A stretch of 64,000 nt of DNA from Dendrobates tinctorius (taxonomy: Eukaryota), in the NCBI RefSeq assembly GCF_039654945.1, contig NW_027361788.1, positions 22,010,001-22,074,000 on the forward strand. Direction: 5' to 3'. The notes beneath the pieces are model-generated. The model had not been told where the DNA came from. It was given only the letters and a program-made list of their open reading frames with translations, and searched no databases. This document shows positions 13,985-24,664 of this stretch, piece by piece. Made by a program: the position numbers and the translations under genes. Position 1 is the first letter of the stretch, and each line of letters starts with the position of its first letter.

Positions 13985-16568
13985 TTATAACTCGGTGTAG
14001 TGTGGGGTGGAAATACTGCTGGAGGGGCTGCGGGACACTTCGACAATGGGAGTGTGGAGAGAGGACTGGGATCGTGGTGGGGAAGGTACAGTTAGAGGTG
14101 ATGGTGTGGAAAAAGCTACAGAATGGGTGGACATGTGGGAGGCAGAAGAGGTGGTGGGCGGTGGAGTGGAGGGTTGGGCAGGGACTGTAGGAGCAGATGA
14201 TGTTGATGGAAAGTTGTATGGGGAAGGAGTTTGGTACGGGGAAGGAGTTTGGTACGGGGAAGGAGTTTGGTACGGGGCAGGTTGCTGGAAGTGGGGAGAT
14301 GTCTGGTACTGGGGAGGTTGCTGGTACTGGGAAGGTTGCTGGTACTGGTGAGGTTGCTAGTATGTAATAGGAGGGGGAGGATGGAAAGTGGCTGGAGGGG
14401 GTGCAGATGTAATAGGAGGGGGAGGATGGAAAGTGGCTGGAGGGGGTGCAGATGTAATAGGAGGGGGAGGATGGAAAGTGGCTGGAGGGGGTGCAGGTGG
14501 AGGAACTACAGTGGTGGGAGGTGGAGGTTGGGATGTAACCTGCTGTAGAGCACCGTGGCACGAATGCATTACATGCATCTGCTGGGTAGGAGATAGTGTT
14601 GCCATGCGCTCCACAACAGACCTGAAAAAGGTGTGGTTTGGCGAAGATCTTGCTTCTGAATGCATGGTTTGCAGAAGTGTCTTCACCTCCAGAATGCTGG
14701 AGTTGATCTGCTGAAAGCCTGCGGAGATTTGCTCTGACAAGACTTTTAGACAGTTCTGGAAAGATGCATTCAGATGCAAGAACTCTGGCGCATAACTCTT
14801 TTCCTGACCCCTCTGCCGCTGCCGCCCAGTACCCGCAGGTGTACTAGAGGTGGCAGGGGCAGAAGGGTGGGGTAAAGGGAAAGCGATCTCCTCACCAGCA
14901 GCTTCATGTAATGTAGGCGGCCACGATGCTCCTGTGCTGGTGGATGGGACAGATGGGTCGAATGTGTGGGAAGGCTGGGAAGGTGCAGATGTACCGGGGC
15001 GGTCGAAGTGTCCCTCGGTGCCGGTCTCCTCAGGGATCGCCTCAGAAGGGTCCAATCGTGCAGGCTCCCGAGTGCTGCTCACCGTGCTGTGGAATAAAGA
15101 GAAAAAAAAACAATTAAAATACTGACATGGTATGGCCCTGGCTGAAAAAAAAAAGTTACATCTAACATTTTTTTTCACATGTGGTGTGTAATATTTACCT
15201 TCTAGTGACCATTGTTTCCCGGAGGAACGACAGGGCTTCTGCGTACTTGTACTTGCTCCTGCGTCCTCCAGATCCACTCGGGGCCCGCATCTCTTTATTG
15301 AACTCCTTCTTGAAACGATCCCTCACAGACCGCCACCGATTCACAATTCTGTTCCCTGAAACGAGAAAGGAGTGGTTAGTATACAACATCAGTGTTTCAC
15401 AAACTCCAGTCCTCATGGTCCCCAGGGGTCATGTTTTCAGGATTTCCATAGTAAATAGAAATCCTGAACACATGATCCGTGGGGACCACGAGGACTGGAG
15501 TTCGGGAAACACTGGTTTACATCAAGCAACCGGTACTGTATATACTTACGCTCTTTAATCTGGGCCCGAACATCGAGGTCCTCCCAGCGGCCCACAAGGA
15601 GCGAACAGATTTCCTCCCAGAGTCGTCGGGTAACGATAAGGTCAGCGTGGCGGCGGTCAGCCATATTCCAGAGCGGCTCCCTTTCTCTGACGAGATCGAT
15701 GAGGTGGTCCACATCGAGTCCTCCATCCTCACCGTCAGAGTCGGGAGCACGCTGTGAAGGCTGTTAAAGAAAAAGACAAAAATAACATAATTAGCCTCCA
15801 CAAAAGAAATGACATAAAAAGTGCAAAAAAACAAAGCAAAAATATTTATACTTACACGCTGGTGACCGCCGCGTTGCTGTCGCCGACGACCCTGGGAGGC
15901 ACTGCGAGGACCTCTTGGCCGAGCACCAGATTGGGAAGACTAGAGAAGAAAACAAAAAATGTTATGTCTTTGGATGTAGGCATTTGTTTGCTGTGTGTGG
16001 TCTGCAGAACATTGTTTTCTATGTGTTGTGTGTAGTGTGATGTTGTGTTTGATGCAAAAAACTTACCAATTGTGAGCCCACTCCAAGTGTCTGTCCACCC
16101 CTTCCTTCTTCTTCTGGGAGCTCCTCTTCATCTTGTGAATCCTGTTTTGAAATAAAAGGCAATGAATAGACATATATTACAGAGATGATGGATTTTGGAA
16201 ATAAAAACTTACCGTCAAACACTGACGATGCGAGGGAGGGCTCCCAGAAGATGATGTGCTGTCTTCCTGGTGGCCACACTCCATGCCTGTGGGTGGTGTT
16301 CCAGCTGCTGCCATTGCTGCTGCTGCTGCTGCATCTATTGGGCGGCTGTTGAATAAAGAGAAACAAAGGGCCAATGAATATCTTGATATTCAATAGCCCT
16401 AGTTTGGAGGAATGGGGGATTTGATAATTACCGTCTCTCATCTGCTGCTGGCCTCCCCTCCTCAGCATGTTCCATTTGCTGCTCCATTTGGGGTGGTGGT
16501 GGTGCTGATGGTGCTGCAGTGGTCTCCTGCCTTCTCCTGCTGCGCTTGGTTGCTTTCTTGGGTGGCAT
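13985..16568 (-). CDS. Harbinger Myb/MADF-BESS DNA-binding protein, 7 exons (16568-16432, 16345-16213, 16141-16067, 15939-15856, 15760-15550, 15355-15199, 15086-14357; frame continues past a TAG to TAA at 13985)
   Basis: TATA box at ~16608. All six introns are GT-AG with consistent phase. N-terminal NLS-like MPPKKATKRSRRR; MADF tryptophan pattern (LIDLVREREPLW...LWEEI...RWRSVRDRF); BESS-like TFFRSVVERMATLSPTQQ. Confidence 0.88.
15390..15514. mobile_element. 125-bp palindromic hAT-like MITE in intron 5 of the MADF gene
   Basis: CAGTGTTTC...GAAACACTG termini; the whole element folds back on itself. An 8-bp TSD is not preserved. Confidence 0.7.
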
Positions 16569-17386
16569 GTTGGGTGTGGCTGTGGGTCCCACTGTCTTGC
16601 TTTTATATATGTCTTGTGGGCAGAGCTACTGAGCATGCTCAGACCAAAAAAAACGGATCCGGCCACCGGATCCGGCTTTCGCCGGATCAGGCGCATTGCG
16701 GCGCTCATAGGCTTTCATTGTGTGAAAAAGCCGGACGCGCCGGATCCGGCGTGTCCGGCTTTTTCGCCGGAGACAAAAAACGTTACAGTAGCCGTCTTTT
16801 CCAGACGCCGGATCGCGACACATTGCCGGATTCGGCGAAAACCGGATGAAACGCATGGCCATCCGGCGCGATCCGGCGCAAATGCAAGTCAATGGGGGGG
16901 GAAACTGGATCCGGCATTGCATTTCGCCGGATCCGGTTTCTGTCAAAAGCGCCGGATCGCGTCTGACGGCGAAAACCTGATGTGTGAAAGAGGCCTTAGC
17001 TGATGTGTGGCGCAGCGGAATGGCCTCAGGATATCGGGTAGCATAATCTAGAACTACAAGAATGTGTTGGTGTCCCCTTGCCGACTTATTGAGAGGCCCC
17101 ACCAGGTCCATGGCCACTCTCTCGAAGGGCACCTCTATAATTGGCAAAGGCACCAAAGGGCACCGAAAGTGAGGCTTAGGACTGGTTACCTGGCACACTG
17201 GACAGGAGCTACAGTATCGATTAACTTCTTCATTGACCCCTGGCCAGTAAAATCGCTGCAGAATTCGGTCGAGGGTTTTCTTTTGGCCCAAATGCCCCCG
17301 AGTACATGCGCTAAATCCATTACCAGCCTCCGATACGTCTGAGGTACCAGTAATTCTTCTACCATTTCCCCCTGTATTTTCTCCAC

Positions 17387-19145
17387 TCAGTACAACAAAT
17401 CCTGGTTCAGCTCAAAGCATGGCAACACCGTATCTGCCCCAGGTTGTTGGGGTTCCCCATTGACAAACAGTACATTTTCTCTGGCCCGGGCTAAAGTAAG
17501 GTCTCGGAGTTGCGCTGTACCAAATTTGTCACCTGATACATTCAAGTCTGACAACTCAGGTCCCAGCGGCAAGTCTTCCACCTCTCCAGCCAATACTTCC
17601 CTGGGAGAATTCTCCCCCTCCTCCACTGAAGGGAAAGTTATTCCTACAGCCAGCACTTCTTCCTCCAGGCCACCAGGTTCATGCCCCACTTCTGGAGAAT
17701 GTAACCTGGTTGCCTCTGGCGTCGGCAGCTGCTCAGTGGGTGGGACAACAGACGGCCACAGCACAGAAAACAACGGAAAGTCTCTTCCAATTATCACTTC
17801 ATAATGTAAATTAGTCACCACCCCCACCTCGTGGCACCGCCTCCCCACTGGCTTGCTGATTAACACTAGTGCGGTGGGATAGTCTTTTAAGTCTCCATGT
17901 ATACACAACACCCCAATTTTCTGACCCGTATACTCGCTGGTGTGTATCCAGCTGGCTCATACCAGGGTTACAAGACTCCCTGAGTCCAATAGGGCCACAG
18001 CCGGGGTGCCCTCCACTTCCATCCGACACAAATGTTCCATATTGGGACCTTTCAGGGTACCCATTGCACACATCGGTTCGGCATAGTGGGACTGGCGGTA
18101 CCCCAAATTTGTGTCCATGGGTTTAGTCAGGTGGGGGCAGTCAGCTCTCCTATGACCTGGTTCCTGGCACTGCCAGCAGATTATGGGGCTCCTTACTTCC
18201 CCAGATAAGTCCTGAGCGGCCTTCCTGGGCTCCGCTCGCCGAACCAGGGGTGGGGACTTAGGGAACCTTCCTGTTACCTTCCGGGGGGTCCCTCCCTGTA
18301 GCTCTTTGGTAGCCCCATACCTTTCTATGAGGTCTATCATCTGCATGGCATTAGTAGGGGATGCCTGTCCGACCCATGTCTGGAGGGAGTGGGGCAAAGC
18401 CCTCCAAAATTTATCAGTCACTATGCGGTCCAGCATGGCCATGGGGGACAACACCTCAGGCTGCAACCACTTTTGTAACAGGTGCAACAGGTTGTAATAC
18501 TGGGACCGGGCCGGCTAGGAGGGGGTAAACTCCCACTGGTGTACCCGCTGGGCCCGCACTAACACATTTACCCCAAGACGAGCCAGTATCTCACCTTTGA
18601 CGACCGTGTAGTCCGCCCTTTGATCTGGGGGTAGGTCCTGATACGCCTTCAAAGGTCCTGGGGTCAGAAACGGAGCGAGGACGTCCGCCCAATGGTCCCG
18701 GGGTAGCTTCTCTCTCTCAGCGACTCCTTCGAACATCTCCAGGTATGCCTCCACATCGTCCGATTTTCTCCATCTTGGGAATCGCTATACGAACCGCTTT
18801 CCGGACCTCATGGATTCCCCGGTCAGCTCCTTTTGTCTGCGCTGCCGTGATATGCTGTATCAACAGCTGATTGGTTTCCTGCTGCTGCTGCATAGCCTGC
18901 TGCAGCATAGCCTGCTGTCGCATGGCCTCCTGTTGCTGGTGCCGCATGGCCTCCTGTTGCTGCTGCATAGCCTGCTGCTGCTGTGTAGCCTGCTGCTGCA
19001 TAGCCTGCTGCTGCTGCATAGCCTGCTGTTGCTGCTGCATAGCCTGCTGCTGCTGCATAGCCTGCTGCTGCTGTCGCATGGCCTCTATGAGCGTTTTTAC
19101 CGTGGCCTCCATTTCTGGAAAGTTCCTCACCTGGGTCTCTGCCAC
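17387..19145 (-). pseudogene. Gmr1 gag-protease: polyQ N-terminus, SCAN-like capsid, CCHC knuckle, aspartic protease
   Basis: EAYLEMFE..A, LLQKWLQPE (SCAN-like), CWQCQEPGHRRADC and ALLDSGS motifs across frameshifted ORFs. Confidence 0.88.
18880..19075 (-). repeat. Coding (CAG)n-GCTATG repeat encoding (Qn-AM)n in gag
   Basis: Repeated TGCTGCTGCATAGCC units on the plus strand. Confidence 0.9.
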
Positions 19146-22100
19146 TCATTTCACCTGGGACATAGGCTGGGGTACAAATCAAAAATAAAAAAAACAGCCT
19201 GACCTCACTGCTTCTGCCCACATTCAGTCCACCAACTGTAGGGATTCACTCTGGTAGGCAATAGCCGGGCGGCAGTAACGAGGCAACACACAGGCATAAA
19301 GTCCAATTCCAATGGTTTTTAATGTCACTCAGTAACCAGCAGCTTAACAAAACATAAGGAAAGCTAAACACATACTCCAGCTTGGAAAACCACTGGTCCC
19401 AGACTCACCCCTTGCACGGGACGGGCGTAACCAAGCGGCTGCCAGGTCCTGCGGCATCCTGGGGTTCTTCCGAGTCTTGCTGCTATATTTCTGCAGCACG
19501 GGAATCCTGTATACAAGTTTCAGGCTGAGTCCACACAAGTTCCTGTAGCTTCCAGAAACACACTCACACTGTGGTAATTACCAACCTCCATTACATAGGG
19601 CCTAACCCCTCCCACCAGTGAGGTAGACACCACATGGGCTGATCACATGACCCTGACATCATCGCAGGTCCCGTCTTTAGGGAAAAACCCGGCCAAACAT
19701 TAATCTGCTGGGAGAAACATATATTCCATCCAGTAAAACACCCTTTACTGTACCACTATATATATATATGTAATTGGAATACATATATATATATTTATAT
19801 TTCATAGAGTTCTACATAGCAGAATAGCCACTAATTGAATTGCCGGCTTCTGTAAAATCATTCCAAAACCCGACATGAAATGACACATAGTTTAAATACA
19901 GTAAACCATTTTATTTCATGTTTTTATTATATATGTCCCTGACTAATAATTAGAATTGGGTTTGTGTGTAAAATTTGGGACATGTAGGTGTTAACTAAAG
20001 GGATTAATTCGTTGAAAAAAATTGCGTGGGCTCCCACAGTAAAAGCGCAGCCAGAGAGGAAAAGCAGGTGAGTGAGGGAAGATTTTAATAGTTTTGAGAG
20101 GGACCATTGTTTTTGCCCCCCCCGGCTACAAAAATCTGCCCCCAGACACCCCAGAAAAGGCGCATCTATAAGATGCGCCTTTTCTGGCACTTAGTCTCTC
20201 TATTCCCATTGCCCTGTAGCGGTGGCTAATGGTTTAATATTAATGGGTTAATGTCATTTTGCAATTGGAAGGTGACATTAAGCCGATTAATAATGGAGAG
20301 GTGTCAATAAGACAACAAATGCATTATTAACCCTAGACCATTAAAGGGTTAAAATACCACACACAGACATTAATTAAAAATTATTTTAATGAAATAAAGA
20401 CACCAAGTTTTTGACAAGATTTATTCCTCTGCTAATCAAAAAATAAACCATCGACCTGTAACAAAAATAAAACAAAAAAGCAACCGTATCCTTACCTCTC
20501 CGCTGGTCAGTCAGGTCCCCCCGCTGCAATCCATCAGAAGGGTTTAAGTGGTTTAGAACAGGAACGGTACTAATGCGACCAGCCCACTCTAAACCACTGA
20601 CAGAATGAATTATTCCATCTCTGCGCAGCCTCCCTGGCTGCCCGGAGATGAACTAATGAGCATGGGAAAGTTTCTGCATTTTTACCCACGCTCATCAGTT
20701 CACCTCAGGTCAGTCAGGGACGTCAGTGAGACTGCGCGGAGTCCCCTGGCTGACCTTAGGTGAACTGATGAGAGTAGGAAAAAAACGAAAAAAATTCAAT
20801 TAGCGGCTATTCTGCTATGCAGAACTTTATGAAATATAAATATATATATATAGAGTATATGTGTGTCTCAATGACATGTACAATATATATATATATGTGT
20901 ATTCTATGTGTATATATCTATTCTTTCATTTGTGCTTTAACCTGTCATTGAGCTCCATTATATGTCCATTTTGCAAGCCGCCGACAAAATCTCGGCAGAC
21001 GGATGTCACACGGATGTCAAACGGATGCTTAGATGCGACAAAATCGCATCCTCGCATGAAAATCGGATGACATATGGATCACTGTTCATGAAACATTTGT
21101 AGTCCGTCAAAAACGGACCGATTTTTTAGACGTTGTGTGTGACTCCAGCCTTATCAAGTTACCGTTCAGTAAAGAGTTATTTTTGAATGGTGGTCTCCTT
21201 CATTGAACTGTGAAACATCTGGTCCTGGAAACCAGCAACAACGGTTACATGCAGCCTGCACTGCGTGCACTAGCGTAAAGCCCTCACAGCACAAGTCCAC
21301 ACACCCAGCCAGGACCCCTACTGTTATATAGCGTGCCAGGGCATTGGAGACGTGTGCCTCACCCACAGCTACTGCCCCGTTCGACGTTACACTTGGCATA
21401 GTTGGAAAGGTCGAGTTTTGCAACTGGAAGAGGAAAGTGATGCTGGGAAGACTCGACTTGTGGGGAAGATGGTGACCGTTACATGGTCTACGATGGCGTT
21501 GAGCAAGAACTGTAAAATGGCAGTGAGTGGCGGAAAGCAACAAGGAGGCCCCGTCGATCCTGGGCGTGGAAGGAGTGAAAGGGGGCAAAGCAGTGCCCAG
21601 CCCTTCAGAGGTTATGCCTACAGAAGGGAGTGTCGGAACCGGGAGTGCCAGCCTACAGCAGGGAGTGGTAGTTGCAGCAAAGTGAAGTGGATGGAAAGAC
21701 CTGCCAAGTAGGGTTTGACCCATGGAAATGGGCAGAAGATATCTAGAAATGGGATGGTGAGTCAGTGAGGACCTGTCAGGACTCTAACCCAGGAGTTCTT
21801 GTGCACCAGCTCTTCCCTCTGAGCTATTTAGCTCGCTGGACAGTTCCTTAACATCCTACTTAAACCTGGCATTGCACTTCTTTCCTTGCGAGATTATTGA
21901 GCTACCAGCCTTAAGTCAAGCTTCCTTTCACCTGCTCCTTCATTACAAGATTATACTGCTGCTTCTGTGAACCGACCCCTAGCTATTACTGACTTCTCTA
22001 CCTGCTGATTCTTTAACTACATTGCGTCTTCTGTGTACCGACCACGTTTTCTATTCCGACTATGCTACCTGCTGGTGCTTCCTCTAGTGTTTGGAATGAC

Positions 22101-22649
22101 CCAAGCCAGCGAAAGGCGGAGCCATACCTGGCCTAATTGATGACTGGGACAGCACCATTTTGTGGGAGAAAGTCAGAAATGAAGGAAGAAGAGAGCATGA
22201 CGGACCAAAGATACTGGATGGAGCGTACCGGGCTCTGGTATGGTTTACCAAACTGGGGAGGACTGGGACGCAGTGAGTGACAAGAGACAGAGCCGGGTAG
22301 CTTAGTGGAGAAAGTACTTGATGCTTCAACTCCTGAGTCGGAAGCTGAGGCCTACATCCCAGTTCAGCCTCGTGAACAAGCCGAACAACTCTGAGCCCTG
22401 TTGGATTACAGGGGTTCTCCCTGTTGGTGGGTTCTCCACCAACGCCACAGAAAGACTCATTTCTGACCTTGAAGGAAGCCTCTTGCAACAGAGATGGAAC
22501 GGATCATGAATGCTATCAGAGGCAAAGAAAAGAGAAAGTGTGGGTACGGGCCCAGCTAGATTAGCCTGGTGGGGAAGAATTTGCGCAGCCGGTGACCCGG
22601 GGTTCCGTGATGCACTACGATCGCGGATGAGGCTTCAGGTTCATAATGG

Positions 22650-22756
22650 ATTTAGATAGTGAACCCCATCTGGGACAGCGATGGTAATGTGTGCAAACTG
22701 TAAAGCGCTGCAGATTATGTTAGCGCTATATTAAAATAAAGATATTTATTATTATT
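22650..22756 (+). mobile_element. SINE 3' fragment
   Basis: Matches the tail of the SINE at 1437-1707 (GTGTGCAAACTGTAAAGCGCTGC...GTTAGCGCTATA...AATAAAGAT). Confidence 0.7.
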
Positions 22757-24664
22757 GTAATGGAGGAAAGTACCAGACACAAGGTATATGTTAACACTGG
22801 CTCCCTCCGGCAGGGACCTGGTCTGCAGTAAGTTCAATGTGTTCAGATTTTGAAGGAAGATGAGCGACAGTGCTGGTTCCTGATCGTGGTTTTCATGATC
22901 CGGTTAGGAGCAGTGGAAGTATCTCCGGCCATGCAGCCTAGACTACAGACGGTCACGCCTTGGGCCGGCATACTCTTTGGGGCTAGAGTGAGGAAACACA
23001 GTGGGGAGTCTGCATCGAGTCTCTTAGGGTCCTCAAGCGAGGGCAAGAGCACAGGGCTGCCAAAGGTAGCAGCCAATCCGGCTGTGGTATATGTGGCGCA
23101 GGGAGTTTACTCTGCAGTCTATGTTAGAAGAGTGGGTGCCTAAGAAACCTGGGTCTGAGTATCACTGGTGATGATTCTATGTCAAGCAAATAAAGGAGTC
23201 GGAAGTTGATTGGGTTGTGCTGTGCTAGTTGCACCTATGTTCTAAGCGCCCAAAGATCCGACGGGTCTAGGACCCACAAATCTGGGACTCCCCACACTGG
23301 CGGCCATGAATGACCACAGTTTTTTTTCCACTTCCCTATTGAGCATTACCCTGCTAGATTGAAGAGACACTGCAGCCGCTTGAGGGCTTTACACCCTCAG
23401 CCAAGGAATGAATCTTGTAAGTGAGAGGTCTTTCGGGGACTAATTAAAAGGATTGTGTCTCCATTTGATGGATGTTACTTTAATGAATGTGTACCTGTCG
23501 TATGGACTGATGGGGGGCAATGGACTTTGCCCCTCATACATTGTGCCCTTACCATAAGGACTAATGTTGGGGGAGAAGGGATGGACAACCCAATGTTACA
23601 ACAGGGTTGACGTTGATTTAAAGAACTTGAACTCTTGTTTCCGGGGTCCTAACCAAATAGGAATGGGTCCATGCTTACCACAAAGGTAAAAGGACACCAC
23701 TTTCACTCCAGAAGAGAGGCTATCTTTATTAAAGTTATATGTGTGGTGTTGTGCATTATAGGTGATGGATGGCCATTATTAAAGAATGCGGAAAAGTAAG
23801 GATATGGACATTTCCCCCTTGAAGAAACAAGTTTTCAATGTTGTGTGGTGTGATGTGATATGTAGTGTGAATTGTGATTTGTGTTAGGTATGTCAGTAAT
23901 GTTGGTGATATGTGTAGGTTGACCGTACGAACAGTTAGACTTAATAGTTAGGACTAACCCAGAGTGGGAGAGGCCTGGTCTATAGAGAAAGTGACAATTT
24001 CCTGTCAGGAAGTCAGATAGGGCCTAGAGTGTATAGTGAGTAGACTAAAAGGTTGAAAGTGAGCAGTGCTGCATTCTGGGGTGACTCTAGGTGAGAGAAG
24101 ACCAGCGAGCAGGGATAACAAGACCCAGATTAAAAGTCCACACACAGCTAGGATCTCCACTTTCATGCAACAGCTGGAGATGTGTGCCTCACCCATGGCT
24201 ACCACCCCTCATCACGTTACACAGGCAAATGAAAGACATCGATCATGGAAGGGAGTGTCCGCTTTCAATAATCCCTATTTGGTTTAAGATTCCACTAAAA
24301 ATAGGCACTGTGTCCACAAGGGAAATTTCCTGCACTGCGTCCATAGGGAAAATGAAGAACTACACATTATTCAACAATCTAAATCAACAGCTTGCCTTAG
24401 TAATGCAAGTATTTCTTGAATCCTCCAGAGTAATACACACTTGTAGCCCTTCTTTACTCTGGTGAGGGTCCTGGATGGAAAACCTCCAAAGTGTTTAGAA
24501 TTCACTAATAGAGTATTTATATATTTTTTTTGGGGAAAGCAGACAACCCCTTTAATTAAATTTGACCCTGTGTGTCAGTAACAGTGTGTGCTATGCAAAT
24601 TTGGGGTTCACATATTTTATTAGGAAGCCACATGATCAGTAATTCCCTAGTCTAATATTTTCTA

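Larger units (their letters stand above)
13007..16995. mobile_element. PIF/Harbinger deletion derivative carrying a MADF gene
   Basis: ~46-bp TIRs GGCTACTTTCACACATCAGGTTTT..., dense subterminal CCGGATCCGG repeats, TAA/TTA flanks, convergent two-gene layout. Confidence 0.92.
11917..17386 (-). pseudogene. Gmr1 pol: integrase, split by the Harbinger insertion at 13007-16995
   Basis: Zinc-finger region (RFYWP...CSSCPVC) and PFERVAMDLVGP before the insertion; TDQGTPF and YHPQTDGLVERFN after it, then a GPY/F motif. Stops and frameshifts present. Confidence 0.9.
10235..19756 (-). mobile_element. Gmr1-like Gypsy LTR retrotransposon (LTRs 10235-10768 and 19237-19756)
   Basis: Two similar ~0.52-kb LTRs with a 15-bp indel and a few substitutions. 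PBS TGGTGGA(CT)GAATGTGGGCA (tRNA-Ala-like) at 19215-19234; PPT at 10769-10780. Domain order gag-PR-IN-RT-RH is diagnostic of Gmr1-like elements. Confidence 0.93.
8605..21150. mobile_element. Non-autonomous Harbinger-type element (~1.8 kb without nested inserts)
   Basis: TIRs GGCCGGAGTCACA / TGTGACTCCAGCC, TTA TSD on both sides, long imperfect subterminal inverted repeats (e.g. 19790-19845 vs 20793-20850), internal (TA)n tracts. Confidence 0.8.
8179..24221 (+). mobile_element. Old non-coding LTR retroelement, outer shell of nest 1 (5' LTR 8179-8604 + 21151-21391; 3' LTR ~23795-24221)
   Basis: The two LTRs share start (GTAAG.ATATGGACAT...TTCCCCCTTGAAGAAACAAG) and end (GTGTGCCTCACCCA...CGTTACA) sequences. 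4-bp TSD CAGG at 8175-8178 and 24222-24225. TGGCATAGTTGG at 21394 resembles a tRNA-Ser primer-binding site (PBS). Confidence 0.75.

Noticed and set aside
18810-19221. Poly-Cys, poly-Leu and poly-Ala ORFs
   Set aside because: Alternative frames of the CAG-rich gag repeat.
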